Of a DNA stretch of 64,000 nucleotides, positions 26,573 to 37,900 are shown piece by piece (positions within the stretch are counted from its first letter, which is position 1; every line of letters starts with the position of its first letter). Both the position numbers and the translations under genes were made by a program. Source of the stretch: Tubulanus polymorphus (lineage: Eukaryota; Animalia; Nemertea); assembly GCF_964204645.1 (NCBI RefSeq), contig NC_134029.1, forward strand, positions 744,001-808,000. The letters run 5' to 3'. The notes below the pieces were generated by a model that was not told the origin of the DNA, ran no database searches, and saw only the letters and a program-made list of their open reading frames with translations.

Positions 26573-29374
26573 CTATTGGGATAAACGTGTAAAACAGGTT
26601 CTAATTTGCTCGATCATGTCACTAGTGGTCATAGAACGTTCGTGTATTCTAAACGCAGCAGCGTTACATCTACGAGTCAGTAAACATGCTGTGTACGCTG
26701 CGGCTACTGTAGGGCCATCGGCTTCAAATAATTCACTGAAATCACGTAAAAAATACTATCACTCCACCTGCTGACAAATCATAGTACTACAGGTCCAGCA
26801 GGAATTGGGACAGTCAAAGTGACTTCACATTTTAACATTCTGTCAATCCGAGTATTTATTTACCTGTGAGATCCAAATTTATGAGCCCAGTAAGAAAAGA
26901 CTCCTAAACTTCCAGCAAGTAAATCACCTTGACCGCCACAACGCCTGGGACTACCTTCATCGCCACAAATCAACCCTAAAACATTCAAATAACAATTATT
27001 AAATTCAAAACCTTCTGAACTCATGTCAAACTGAATTTTTACACTCAGATAAAGAACTCACCACTTTCACCGCGAAATATCAAATCCATTTTACCTTTAC
27101 AAACTATCGTTACATTACCGAGGATTTTGCTGAGTTTAATCACACCAGCGGGTTGGTCTTCAGCGGGTGGGTATTCACCTACCTCTCAAAATAACAATTA
27201 ATACATCTATATCAATCACAGCTACTGACATCGCAGCTAGTACCAAAATGTCAAAAGCAGCGAAACCTCATTACAACCAACTTTAGAGGATCAGTAAATC
27301 AGTTCATTTTAACAACCGCTAGATCATTATTTATATCCAGTATGAATCCAAATTAATAAAACTACCCTATTTTGGACGGAATTCTCAGTTCGTAATAACA
27401 GATAAATCGTAACATCGAAGTACATTATAACAAACAGAATTTTCTTACCACAGCGTGGAATAACTTCTTGAATTCAACTTTATTCGGAGTCAATATCGCT
27501 TTTTGATAACCTTGAATGAGGTCAGGATTTTCGGACAATAAGAACAAACCGTCCTGAAAAATACATGAAATTTCAACCATCTTCAAAATATTTTATATAA
27601 AATCAGTTAATATATACCATGATATAACAGCCTAGCCGCCCTCCTCCCTCCCTCCCTCCCTGCCTCCTAGTTTATAACTTACAGCATCAATAACTATAGG
27701 TTTATTCAGTTTCATAGCGTGTTCAAGCAGTATCTGAAATAATTCAAATTGAAATTTGTGGAGCACGAGGGAATTTGAATTTTATTGATAAAACTATTGG
27801 CTCAATATACCAACTTTAGTATTATCCAAAAGAAGTTTATCTCTGCCTAAACCTGGACCAATCACTAACGCGTGCATCTTGCCAACCCATGTTTCCATTT
27901 CACTCTCAAATTTCTCATCATCACTGAAACAACAAGATCCTATGAACTCAAACAGAGATCAAACATCAAATAACTAAGATATTTAAATTAAATATCTTAT
28001 TGAATTAATACTTACAGTATAGGATGAACTATTAGTTCAGGACTGTAAGATTTAATCACAGGAGCCGCAGCGTTCGTACAAAATACATGAGCTAGATCAG
28101 CTCCCTACAAATACATGAGCTAGATCAGCTCCCTACAAATACATTACATATCAGCTCCCTACAAATACATTACATATCAGCTCCCTACAAATACATTACA
28201 TGTCAGCTCCCTACAAATACATTACATCAGCTCCCAAAATGTTAGCTCCCTACAAATAGACTACAAAACTTATAAGCTCCCAACATATTGCAATTATTCA
28301 TTCCAGAAAACAAATCAGTTCCCTTTATATTAGAAAACAACTGAGGAATTTGAATGTTTCAACGTGTATACTTACTACTTTTAATGCAGAAATAGCAGCA
28401 AAATATGGAGCACCAGTATATCTGTAATAGGAGTAGTTATCAGTTTATATCCAGAGGGAGGGGAGCGAGAAGAGTCTATCTATGAAGTGAAACCCTCTTC
28501 CTCCATCCAGATCAGTTTTAACCGAGGAAATTCACTCGATCGATGAGATATCTCGATTGAAAATTCATTCTTTAACACAAACATAGGTAAATAGTAACTC
28601 ACTTGGGCCATAGAGGCTCGTATCAGAGTTGTAGGTAATGTAAAAACGATAATCTGTTAATCCAATGTATATAGTATATAGAATAACATACTATATACAT
28701 TGGATTAACAGATTATCGTTTTTACATTACCTACAACTCTGATACGAGCCCCTATGACTTGGGCAAAAGATAAAAATGTGGATTAAACTGACCTGACTGA
28801 ATTAAATTTACACTTACTCTTTACAACCACCAACAATTCCAATTCGACCTGATTGACCCTTATACGATTCATAAGTTAACGGCGGTATTATACTCTGTAC
28901 CATTTCAGTGAACCTACACTTGTCTCCACGATACACGTCAAAACCTCGCTGTTTAATACAACTTACATATCCTACAAATAGTCAACTTCATTGTTTAATA
29001 GGCTTTTACAAATAATTCAACCTCATCGTTTTACTTTTGATAAAAGTGCAGATCCGCACATCTCGTGATTGATGCAAATTACTGAATTACAAATCACTGT
29101 TATAGCTTCCGAATGTCTCACAGAATCCAATGCAGTGGTTTATATTATGATAATTTCATGAGAAAGTAGTTTTTGGCCCAGTTTTTATCTCAGAATTGTG
29201 ATGAGCTTTCAATAGGACGCCATATTGGATTGGGAACGTTTATTTTCTCAGGGAGTTAAACCACGACTGTGACAGCGCAATAAAACCAGTATAATGATAA
29301 TGTTACCGACCTCCTCTAAATTTTCCTCCATTTCTAGCAGTCATATAAAGCCACAAACTTCCTAATGTGAACAT
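26573..29374 (-). CDS. NAXD: ATP-dependent (S)-NAD(P)H-hydrate dehydratase (NAXD/CARKD). Exons 29374-29311 (tentative), 28971-28818, 28421-28376, 28104-28016, 27923-27815, 27733-27683, 27553-27449, 27182-27062, 26975-26864, 26735-26573; about 337 aa
   Basis: Spliced translation gives [102 protein letters not shown] and RSMTTSDMI. All introns are GT-AG with matching phases. The ORF track misses this gene because the exons are short. The N-terminal exon is inferred. Confidence 0.93.
28083..28256. repeat. 26-28-bp tandem repeat spanning a NAXD 3' splice site
   Basis: ATACATGAGCTAGATCAGCTCCCTACAA twice, then diverged copies. On the minus strand each intact copy carries TTTGTAG|GGAGCT. Confidence 0.9.
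28609..28756. mobile_element. Fully palindromic 148-bp hAT-like MITE with 8-bp TSD, in a NAXD intron
   Basis: About 69-bp arms with one mismatch (CATAGAGGCTCGTATCAG... / ...CTGATACGAGCCCCTATG) and a 10-nt loop. Exact TSD ACTTGGGC at 28601-28608 and 28757-28764. Confidence 0.9.
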
Positions 29375-29536
29375 TTTAGGCTGTGTTGGGCTCAGAAGTT
29401 TACTTTCGTTTCATGTAGTTATTGATAGATTCACAAGGTGGCAGCAGCTTACATGTATTTACAAAATGGGTTCGAATCCCAGAATTGTGACAAACAGGAC
29501 CGAATCAACTGCAGTTCAGTTAGGTAACTGTAACTC

Positions 29537-29735
29537 GGGTAGTGTAGCGGCTAGCGCACTGAATCCAATGCAATAGGTGCCAGGTTCGACCTTGGGTTAG
29601 GAACATTTTTGGATACAAATTCTTGGCAATTCCTGAGGGGGTCCATTACAGTATATGCACAATGGTGGTTCTCCTGCAGGGGGTGCTCCAGGCTGCAGGT
29701 AATCAGCTATTCCAATTAAACGAATAAATTCCATT
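29537..29735 (+). mobile_element. tRNA-derived SINE-like copy, degenerate
   Basis: A-box-like TAGTGTAGCGG and B-box-like GGTTCGAC at tRNA spacing, followed by a GC-richer body. No intact cloverleaf. The 3' boundary is approximate. Confidence 0.5.
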
Positions 29736-30120
29736 ATTTTTAAACAAAGATCTTTTTATTTCATTTATTATTTACATATATATTTATATATATATATATA
29801 TATTCATATATATATTTTGAAGCTTTTTAAAGATAGATAGAGAGAGAGAAAGGAGAGAGAGAGAGACTATAATAGAATGTATTTTTAGTATCTTCCGCAA
29901 ACATCTGTTTTTTACGGGAAGTAAAAACAAATTAAAACACGACGCAAATTACATCATATAATAATAGAATATCCTTTCCATGTCATCCTGAACCCAACCC
30001 TACGGCCTAGAGATTGAACCCAACCCTACGGCCCAGAACCCAGTTTCACAGTAGGCCTACTCAGTTAAGATATATCTAGGTTTTAAAGACTATTTGAAAT
30101 TAACGAATCATATCTCCCGA

Positions 30121-30260
30121 GAATTCAGTTGCTCAATAGTTGGTTAAGGATAACCAGCTGATAAATACCATAGTAACAATGAACATTTAATTGTCACTAC
30201 GTCAACTATCCACTGGTTAACTCTAACCAACTATTCAGCCATAACTGTGTAACTGGATTC
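30121..30260. mobile_element. Degenerate palindromic MITE-like element
   Basis: Imperfect inverted arms GAATTCAGTTGCTCAATAGTTGGTTA ... TAACCAACTATT ... AACTGGATTC. Confidence 0.4.
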
Positions 30261-32650
30261 TGCAGACAAGCCACAAATGAGCTGCTCTATACATCACCTC
30301 TTCTACAGACTATTGATAGAAGAAGCCATTTTTAAAGTAAATACTAATTGATTAAAATAAACTTCTCCAATTACCAATAGCAACCAGACCTGGTTGGATA
30401 GGTGTGATTGAACTCTGCAGGCAAAAAGTAAGACCATTTTCAATAATTACTTTGTCTCAAAATCTGAGTTACATTCAACGCATAACTGCTCGACATCGTT
30501 CATGACCTCAAATGACATGGAAAGGTTGACTAAACGATAGAACAAGCACCTCAAAATTCAAATTGCAAATATTCATTCATTACCGGGGTGAGGGAAGGGG
30601 CCATCTCATCTCCTCACAGGCTCTAAGTACCATTCTAACACTAACAGAATGACAGAAATCTATGAAATGGCCCAATGTTGATTCATATTTCTAATTACAG
30701 CACAACTCCTGATACAATTATTCGCTTAAAAAATACAAAAAAAAAAAAATTAAATAGTAGACCTACAACTCGGTCGGTAAGCCTACTATTTTTATGAATG
30801 CCCGATGATGGATTAAACGTTTTTTAAATCCATCTCCATCAAACTAAAACAAGACATAAATATGTCTTCATTCATTATTACGAACAGAATCGTTGGTCGA
30901 AATTTTCTCCCATCTTAAGGTGTTTATTAATTACTAACACTAAATTATTTTACAGTTTTTTTTTTTCATCTATATTTTACAAAGCTTTATACTTCATATT
31001 CATTGATCTAAAAATGGTTTCAAACAATTAAAATATCGAAGCTCGAATAGTAGTAACAGCTCCATCTATAGGGAGCCGATGAAATCACTGCGTGACGTTA
31101 AACAAATTTAAAACGAGATTTGAATATTCGGCACTCACATGCCAGCGACTGGAAGAGGAATAGCTGCTGTGGCGAGTGAGTACGACTACACTATAGCACT
31201 TTGTATTTCATTATAGGAATGTTAGTCAAAGATATAAAATATTGAAATCAGGCTGACATTTTCCGAACTACAACGATGTTGATGTTGCTTTTTCATTCTT
31301 CGTATCTTATGACTAGATTTTTCAATTTTTTTTTTTTCGACAACCATTTTTTTCATGAAACAAATTTCAACCCGATATTACAGTAATAAATTATAGCATT
31401 ACAGTAATACATTACAGCATTACGGTAATACATTATAGCATCGCTCAAAATACATATTACAGTAAACCTAACTTACTCCTAACTCGGAGAACTTGGCCAA
31501 ATGGGACTTATGACTAAATTGGGACAAAAACAGAATTATTTTCAGATTTCCTCTGATCTGATTTTTCCGATTGTTGACTCGGAATTCTGACTTATTTCTC
31601 CACATTTCCGGTACGCCCCGAGTTAGGAAAGAAAGAGGTCTACGGTTTACAGTAGGATGACTTGTTTTTCCGATAAAAGAGGGCGTTGCTCGGAAATCAA
31701 TAAATAAATCCGCATTCGCAAATGCAGACGACAGCGGCGGCGCAGCGGTACAACATGACATACGTAAATACAAGCAAAACTTCTAGAAAAAAATCACCCA
31801 AATTCTTCACTCAACCGGTTAGAACCGGAGCCCTATCAGTGAGCATTAGTTTATGATTACTATAGAGGTCACTACCAGTCAGTCAGTACTAGTCCCCCCC
31901 CCACAATGTGACCATTAATATATCTTAACAATATATAATCTAATATACAGTTATATATAATATATGTATTCATACATTTCAATGATGACCACGTGATGCG
32001 TATGTATTTATTTGTAATGATGGTGATTTGAACATCTGACCAAGCTCAAGACTCAATGATACAATAGCGGGATAACCTCAATTGAAATTATCATCTCTAT
32101 CAAACTCGACGAATCGAAATACAATGTAGTAGAATCGTAGATATACGAAAATCATGATCCGATTCTTAACATGGATCGGGGATCATCTAATATCCGTCTA
32201 AGCTTATTTTAGTTCTGAAGTCAATCTAACAAAATTTCTCGACCTAAAACACGACTGTCCCAGCGAACAACTAGTCCTAGAAGTTTGTTTTAACATAAAC
32301 CTAGGCTATCCACTCACTCGACTAGGAGTCAGTTGAGTAAGTTTTAAAAACTTGTACATAAAACCAACCGTGAGATCCGTTTTGCGAAAAAAGTTCAAAG
32401 GTTTAAACAGTTTTTAATAGTAGACATCACAAAACATGAAGCGACCGTAAATAACTAAATAAAATATTTTATCTTTTTACGAAAATCTGGATGCTGGGTT
32501 TAGAAAATAATTTGCTGAATTGAAGCTGTGATACAATGCGGAGCAGATTTTGACCAATAGCTGGACCTTGTGTCAGACTAAGGCAGACTTCGATTGGTCA
32601 GTTTTGGCGCATTCGCTACGACCAGAATACGCCCTATCTATTCTGGAAAA

Positions 32651-32900
32651 GTGTAATCTATAAACCTGATAGAAGCGGCCGGTAGAGAGTTTGTAATCTG
32701 TAAACCTGATAGAAGCGGCCGGTAGAGAGTTTGTAATCTGTAAACCTGATAGAAGCGGCCGGTAGAGAGTTTGTGATCTGTAAACCCGATAGAAGCGGCC
32801 GGTAGAGAGTTTGTAATCTGTAAACCTGATAGAAGCGGCCGGTAGAGAGTTTGTAATCTGTAAACCTGATAGAAGCGGCCGGTAGAGAGGATGTAATCTG
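32651..32900. repeat. 40-bp minisatellite, about 6 copies
   Basis: Unit TAAACCTGATAGAAGCGGCCGGTAGAGAGTTTGTAATCTG with period 40. Confidence 0.97.
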
Positions 32901-33450
32901 AAAATGCTATTGCAAAACTGGAATACGTCCAATTATAACCTGCCTAAAATACATTTCTCAAATAGAGCAATTTTTAATCAAACAATTTACATGGTAAACC
33001 TCAAAACAGCGACATATGCTGCCATAACTCAACAAATAAAATGTTAATATTTGGAAGAATAATTCAAAATGATTCCAATCAATCATTGGTTTTTTACAGC
33101 GGAACCTCATTAAGATAATTTATTGGCTCCAATGAAACTCGAATTACATCCTAATAATTTCATTGCGAATATTTAGAACTATCAGTAACGAACAAAATAA
33201 TCCGGTGCCTTAAATTGTTTGTAACGAGGTTTCGCAATAAAAGCGCCGAGCTCCAGATTTGGATTCAATGTCGTCAGGAAGAGAGATAGTGATATAAACT
33301 TACACACAGATAATAAAATGATAAAATTAATTGAGGTGATTATGTAATGCTACCTTGACTACTGGTTTGATTAAGAATAGCCTCCTGAGAACCATTCTGG
33401 CGTGTTTTAAGCGGTATCGAGTCTTGCGCTTGGTCAGATGATGTTATATA

Positions 33451-33508
33451 TCATTTTGGACGCTTCGGTTTTTTCTTTTTTCGTTTCTTGCAAGTAAAAC
33501 AGCAACAC
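33451..33508 (-). CDS. CSNK1G: CK1-gamma distal terminal exon, (K)[18 protein letters not shown]
   Basis: tttttgcctag| acceptor, phase 2, four Cys plus a polybasic tail, followed by a long AT-rich presumed 3' UTR. Confidence 0.85.
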
Positions 33509-34893
33509 CTAGGCAAAAAGTATTCAGGGATGCAGCAGGCACTATTACTTATCGATTTACATCTCAGAGATATTACATAAATATACATATATATATATAT
33601 CACACACTATGGGGGTAGGGGGAAGGGAAGGGGTGAATGTATACAGTGCTCCTAGTATATTATGACTGTGAGTGTCTTATGGAGTGTTTAAGGAGTGTCC
33701 GAACGAGTGTGTGATATTTACAGAATCTGAGACTGCATTCCCTATGTTTACACGACCCTCCGATTATAATCCATCAAACTTCACATTTCAATCGCATATT
33801 TTTCGAAATTCGTCAAAATCGTTTAATAGATTTTCAGAGTCAATTATGAAATATACAGATTGAACGCGAGTTGAGGGTCAGTGTATTAGTAATAGTGGCC
33901 CCGGCTATCTGGCAGGTAGTGTGGATCGCACTATCCTGTCGATAGGGCGACCCCGGGCGGCTATCCGGCAGGTAGTGTGGATCGCACTATCCTGTCAATA
34001 GGGCGACCCCGGGCGGCTATCTGGCAGGTAGTGTGGATCGCACTATCCTGTCGATAGGGCGACCCCGGGCGGCTATCCAGCAGGTAGTGTGGATCGCACT
34101 ATCCTGTCGATAGGGCGACCCCGGGCAGCTATCCGGCAGGTAGTGTGGACTGCTGGCAGTGATTTCTGGGGATATTTTTCGGGGTTTCAATTTGTTCTTG
34201 TCTTCTTCTTCTTTTTCCTTCGAAAGAAACAGCACCTGTGAAAAAAAGGAAAGTAATGCAAAGATGTGGCGCGACAGCAAAATAAACAATGAAGGCTTTG
34301 AAATCCATTAAAACACGGGCTGGCTGACTGGCCGGCTGGCTGGTAGCCAGCGGACAGCGTAGGGGTACAGCAATTAACAAGCGATTATAGTAAAAACAGC
34401 CAGTTTTATAGACCAATTCTAACTTGACAGAACCCCACGAGTCTTATGATTAGTAAATTGAGTTTAAAGTTAAAACTGGATTCAGTTTCAAAGCCGTAGT
34501 TCGAGTTTCTCTCTAGTTTCAATGTTTTAACCGTGTAGTTATCCGGGAGAACTGAGGAACTGGGTCCTGGTCTATACAACCGGACTTCGGCTTCAGTTTC
34601 ATAGTTGTAAGTTAGATTCACAGTCAAAATTCGTCTTTTAGTGTCAAATCTAACTTACAACGAGCAACCGAGTCCCGCTTTATAAACTGGTTACTGACTC
34701 CAGGGAGTTACTGGTATCAAACCCAGTCTATAAAACCAGCCCCAACATCACAGGCTTTTAAGAAAATTTCAAAATGATATGATGGAGTTAGAATAACAGT
34801 AAAAACAACCCGACAAGCAGCAAAAAACAATCAACATATTTCATCATATGACTAATCGAAAGAGGCTAATTTCAGACGGACAGACAGACAGAC

Positions 34894-34945
<52 letters not shown>

Positions 34946-37900
34946 CACGCCTAAAGCAAAAAAAAAAAAACAATCAACATTAGTACGAAGGGAATGAACC
35001 ATTAAACGAATAAATCTGAATTCCATAAACGAAAATCATGAATTTCGAATCAAAATAACGATAATTCAAGGTCAGACGACTCACGTTGCCACGAGACACT
35101 TTGAGCATCTGAAATATTCCACATTTATGATAGACACAAAATTAATGTACGTAAAATAGAAATACAGCCGAAAAACAAGTTTCTGGTTCAAACCGTTTAC
35201 ACTAATGAAAGGCAAACTGATAATATCATAATACTGTTATTACGAACTATGTTCAACATTCAGTTGAACATAGTTTAACAGTATAGAAACCCAGCCGGCC
35301 GGCCAGCCCAGTGAAACCTTTCAAAATACACAACACTAATGGCTCGATGATTAGATACACAGTCACCCCCCCCCCCTTCTGGGCATCTGTATTCCTGAGC
35401 CCCCAAAGCCTCCCACAAGGCACCTGTAATGTGGACCCCCAGAGGCTCACGTCCATTAGGCCTCTAACTACTACTAAAATAAAGATTCTTCATGAAATAC
35501 AACATATTATCGATTATGTGTACAACAAATTTACCAACAAATAACAACATAAATCAATCAACTCCCCTCACCCTCACCCCTCACCCCTCACCCCTCACCC
35601 TCTAAATAATCAGTTTTAATGAATCAGTAATTATGAGCGTAGATGAATCCTTTCAACGATTCGATGGGAAAGCATGATTTAAAAGTGGGTGGTGAATGGA
35701 AAGGGGTTTAAGCGAGGGTTATAACCAACTACCCCCCCCCCCCCCCAAAATAAAACCAACACCTAAATAGTTTTACGTGACAACACCAGGAGGCAGCAGT
35801 GTACGCTCTAGTCCAGGGCCGATAAACTACCGTGGATAAAGGTTTCAGAAATAAAGCAATTGAAACTAATACTGGACTAGAGTTAGCGTAAGAGAGGAAG
35901 CCAGGGGGAGGGGCTGAGAAGTGTCAATCACTCAATATTCACTACGCGATGAACTAATATTCAAAGTATCAATTTAGAGATAAAAAATATGAAATTATTG
36001 ACAAATGATTGATGAATTTGTAGCGAATTTCGGAAAAATCTCAGCCTGAAAATTTGAAGTAGGGAAGGGAGAGAGGAGAAAGAGGGGCGTGTCACTAACA
36101 TAGAGCCAATACGTATTGATGTATATAAAACAGAGTTTTCAACATACTTAGTGTCATCGACTACATCAACATCAGCTGGAGTAGTGAAGGGCACTGTAGA
36201 CCGGCCGGTAGGGTCATCGGGTGCAAGTTCACCGTTCGTAGAACTGACGACCTACAGAGAATACAATCAATTAGAATCATAGAATAGAAATAGATTCATA
36301 CTTCACGTCATCGACAACTTCAACTTCGGTTTTAGTAGTGATCGGAGCGCTGGAGCGCGTCGTAGGTTCTTCTACTCCGACTCCGACATCTCCGGAGCTT
36401 ACAACCTGTACACAATATATACAACTATATTACAGTACATTTACAATAAACCCCCGGACCCAGGATCCTTTAACCGTCTCAACCCTGTTACCCTCGACAT
36501 AACCCTGACAGTCTGTTCGACAATCTTGAGTTAGAAGCCACCGTCAAAACCCCCAAACTACCAGAACCCATTTAACCTACGGAAATATTACAAACTCAAA
36601 CACATGAACTTTCTATACGGTTAAACTCCCTACTGAAACCAACCTCAAAATATCAACTACCGGGTCTCGGCTAAATAAAATCCCAAGCATGAAGCTTTAT
36701 AAGACTCTAGTAGCATCTGCAGTTTGAACCAATGGAGTTTATTACAGTGTTACAGAGTTATTGACTAATAAACAGTAGTGTTATCAATAGAGTTTATCAA
36801 AGAATGATGTTAACAGTAGTTCTACAGTAGTCCCACTACAGTAGTCCTACTACAGTAGAGGTAGTCCTACTCAGTAGTTCCACTACAGTAGTCCTACTAC
36901 AGTAGAGGTAGTCCTACTCAGTAGTTCCACTACAGTAGTCCTACTACAGTAGAGGTAGTCCTACTTACGTAGTTCCACTACAGTAGAGGTAGTCCTACTT
37001 ACGTAGTTCCACTACAGTAGTCCTACTTACGTAGTTCCACTACAGTAGTCCTACTACAGTAGAGGTAGTCCTACTACAGTAGTTCCACTACAGTAGTCCT
37101 ACTTACGTAGTTCCACTACAGTAGTTCCACTACAGTAGTCCTACTTACGTAGTTCCACTACAGTAGTCCTACTACAGTAGTTCCACTACAGTAGTCCTAC
37201 TTACGTAGTTCCACTACAGTAGTCCTACTACAGTAGAGGTAGTCCTACTTACGTAGTTCCACTACAGTAGAGGTAGTCCTACTTACGTAGTTCCACTACA
37301 GTAGAGGTAGTCCTACTTACGTAGTTCCACTACAGTAGTCCTACTTACGTAGTTCCACTACAGTAGTCCTACTACAGTAGAGGTAGTCCTACTTACGTAG
37401 TTCCACTATAGTAGAGGTAGTCCTACTTACGTAGTTCCACTACAGTAGAGGTAGTCCTACTTACGTAGTTCCACTACAATAGTCCTACTTACTTAGTTCC
37501 ACTACAGTAGTCCTACTACAGTAGTTCCACTACAGTAATCCTACTTACGTAGTTCCACTACAGTAGTCCTACTACAGTACCAGTGTAGTCCTACTACAGT
37601 ACCGTTGTAGTCCTACTGCAGAACTAACAACTCTAAAATCAGTTTAATTTCGGGGTTAAAGAGAATTAGTTTTTTTGTAAGAGAGGAAGAACTTAAATAA
37701 TCATTGCGGAATGTTTGTCATTTTTAGAAGTTTAAAGCCGGCTCATGCACAGCGCAGGCTTAGTAAACATTCTAATAATTTCTCAAGTGTTTATCGGGGT
37801 AACACAGTGGTGAAGCTATAGTTCACATCTCAAACAGACAATGAACTTTGTTATATATCGTCGCCGTTTGTTGTAGTTGTTGTTTTATTAATATTGCGAG

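Noticed and set aside
29537-29610. Possible tRNA gene (also 56012-56090)
   Set aside because: A and B boxes are present but the acceptor and anticodon stems do not pair, and a SINE-like body follows.
35961-36147. Read-through of the exon-B donor giving a Cys-less CK1-gamma tail ([10 protein letters not shown]...)
   Set aside because: Open for about 60 codons but not protein-like, and a good gtatgt donor is present. Cannot be supported without transcripts.
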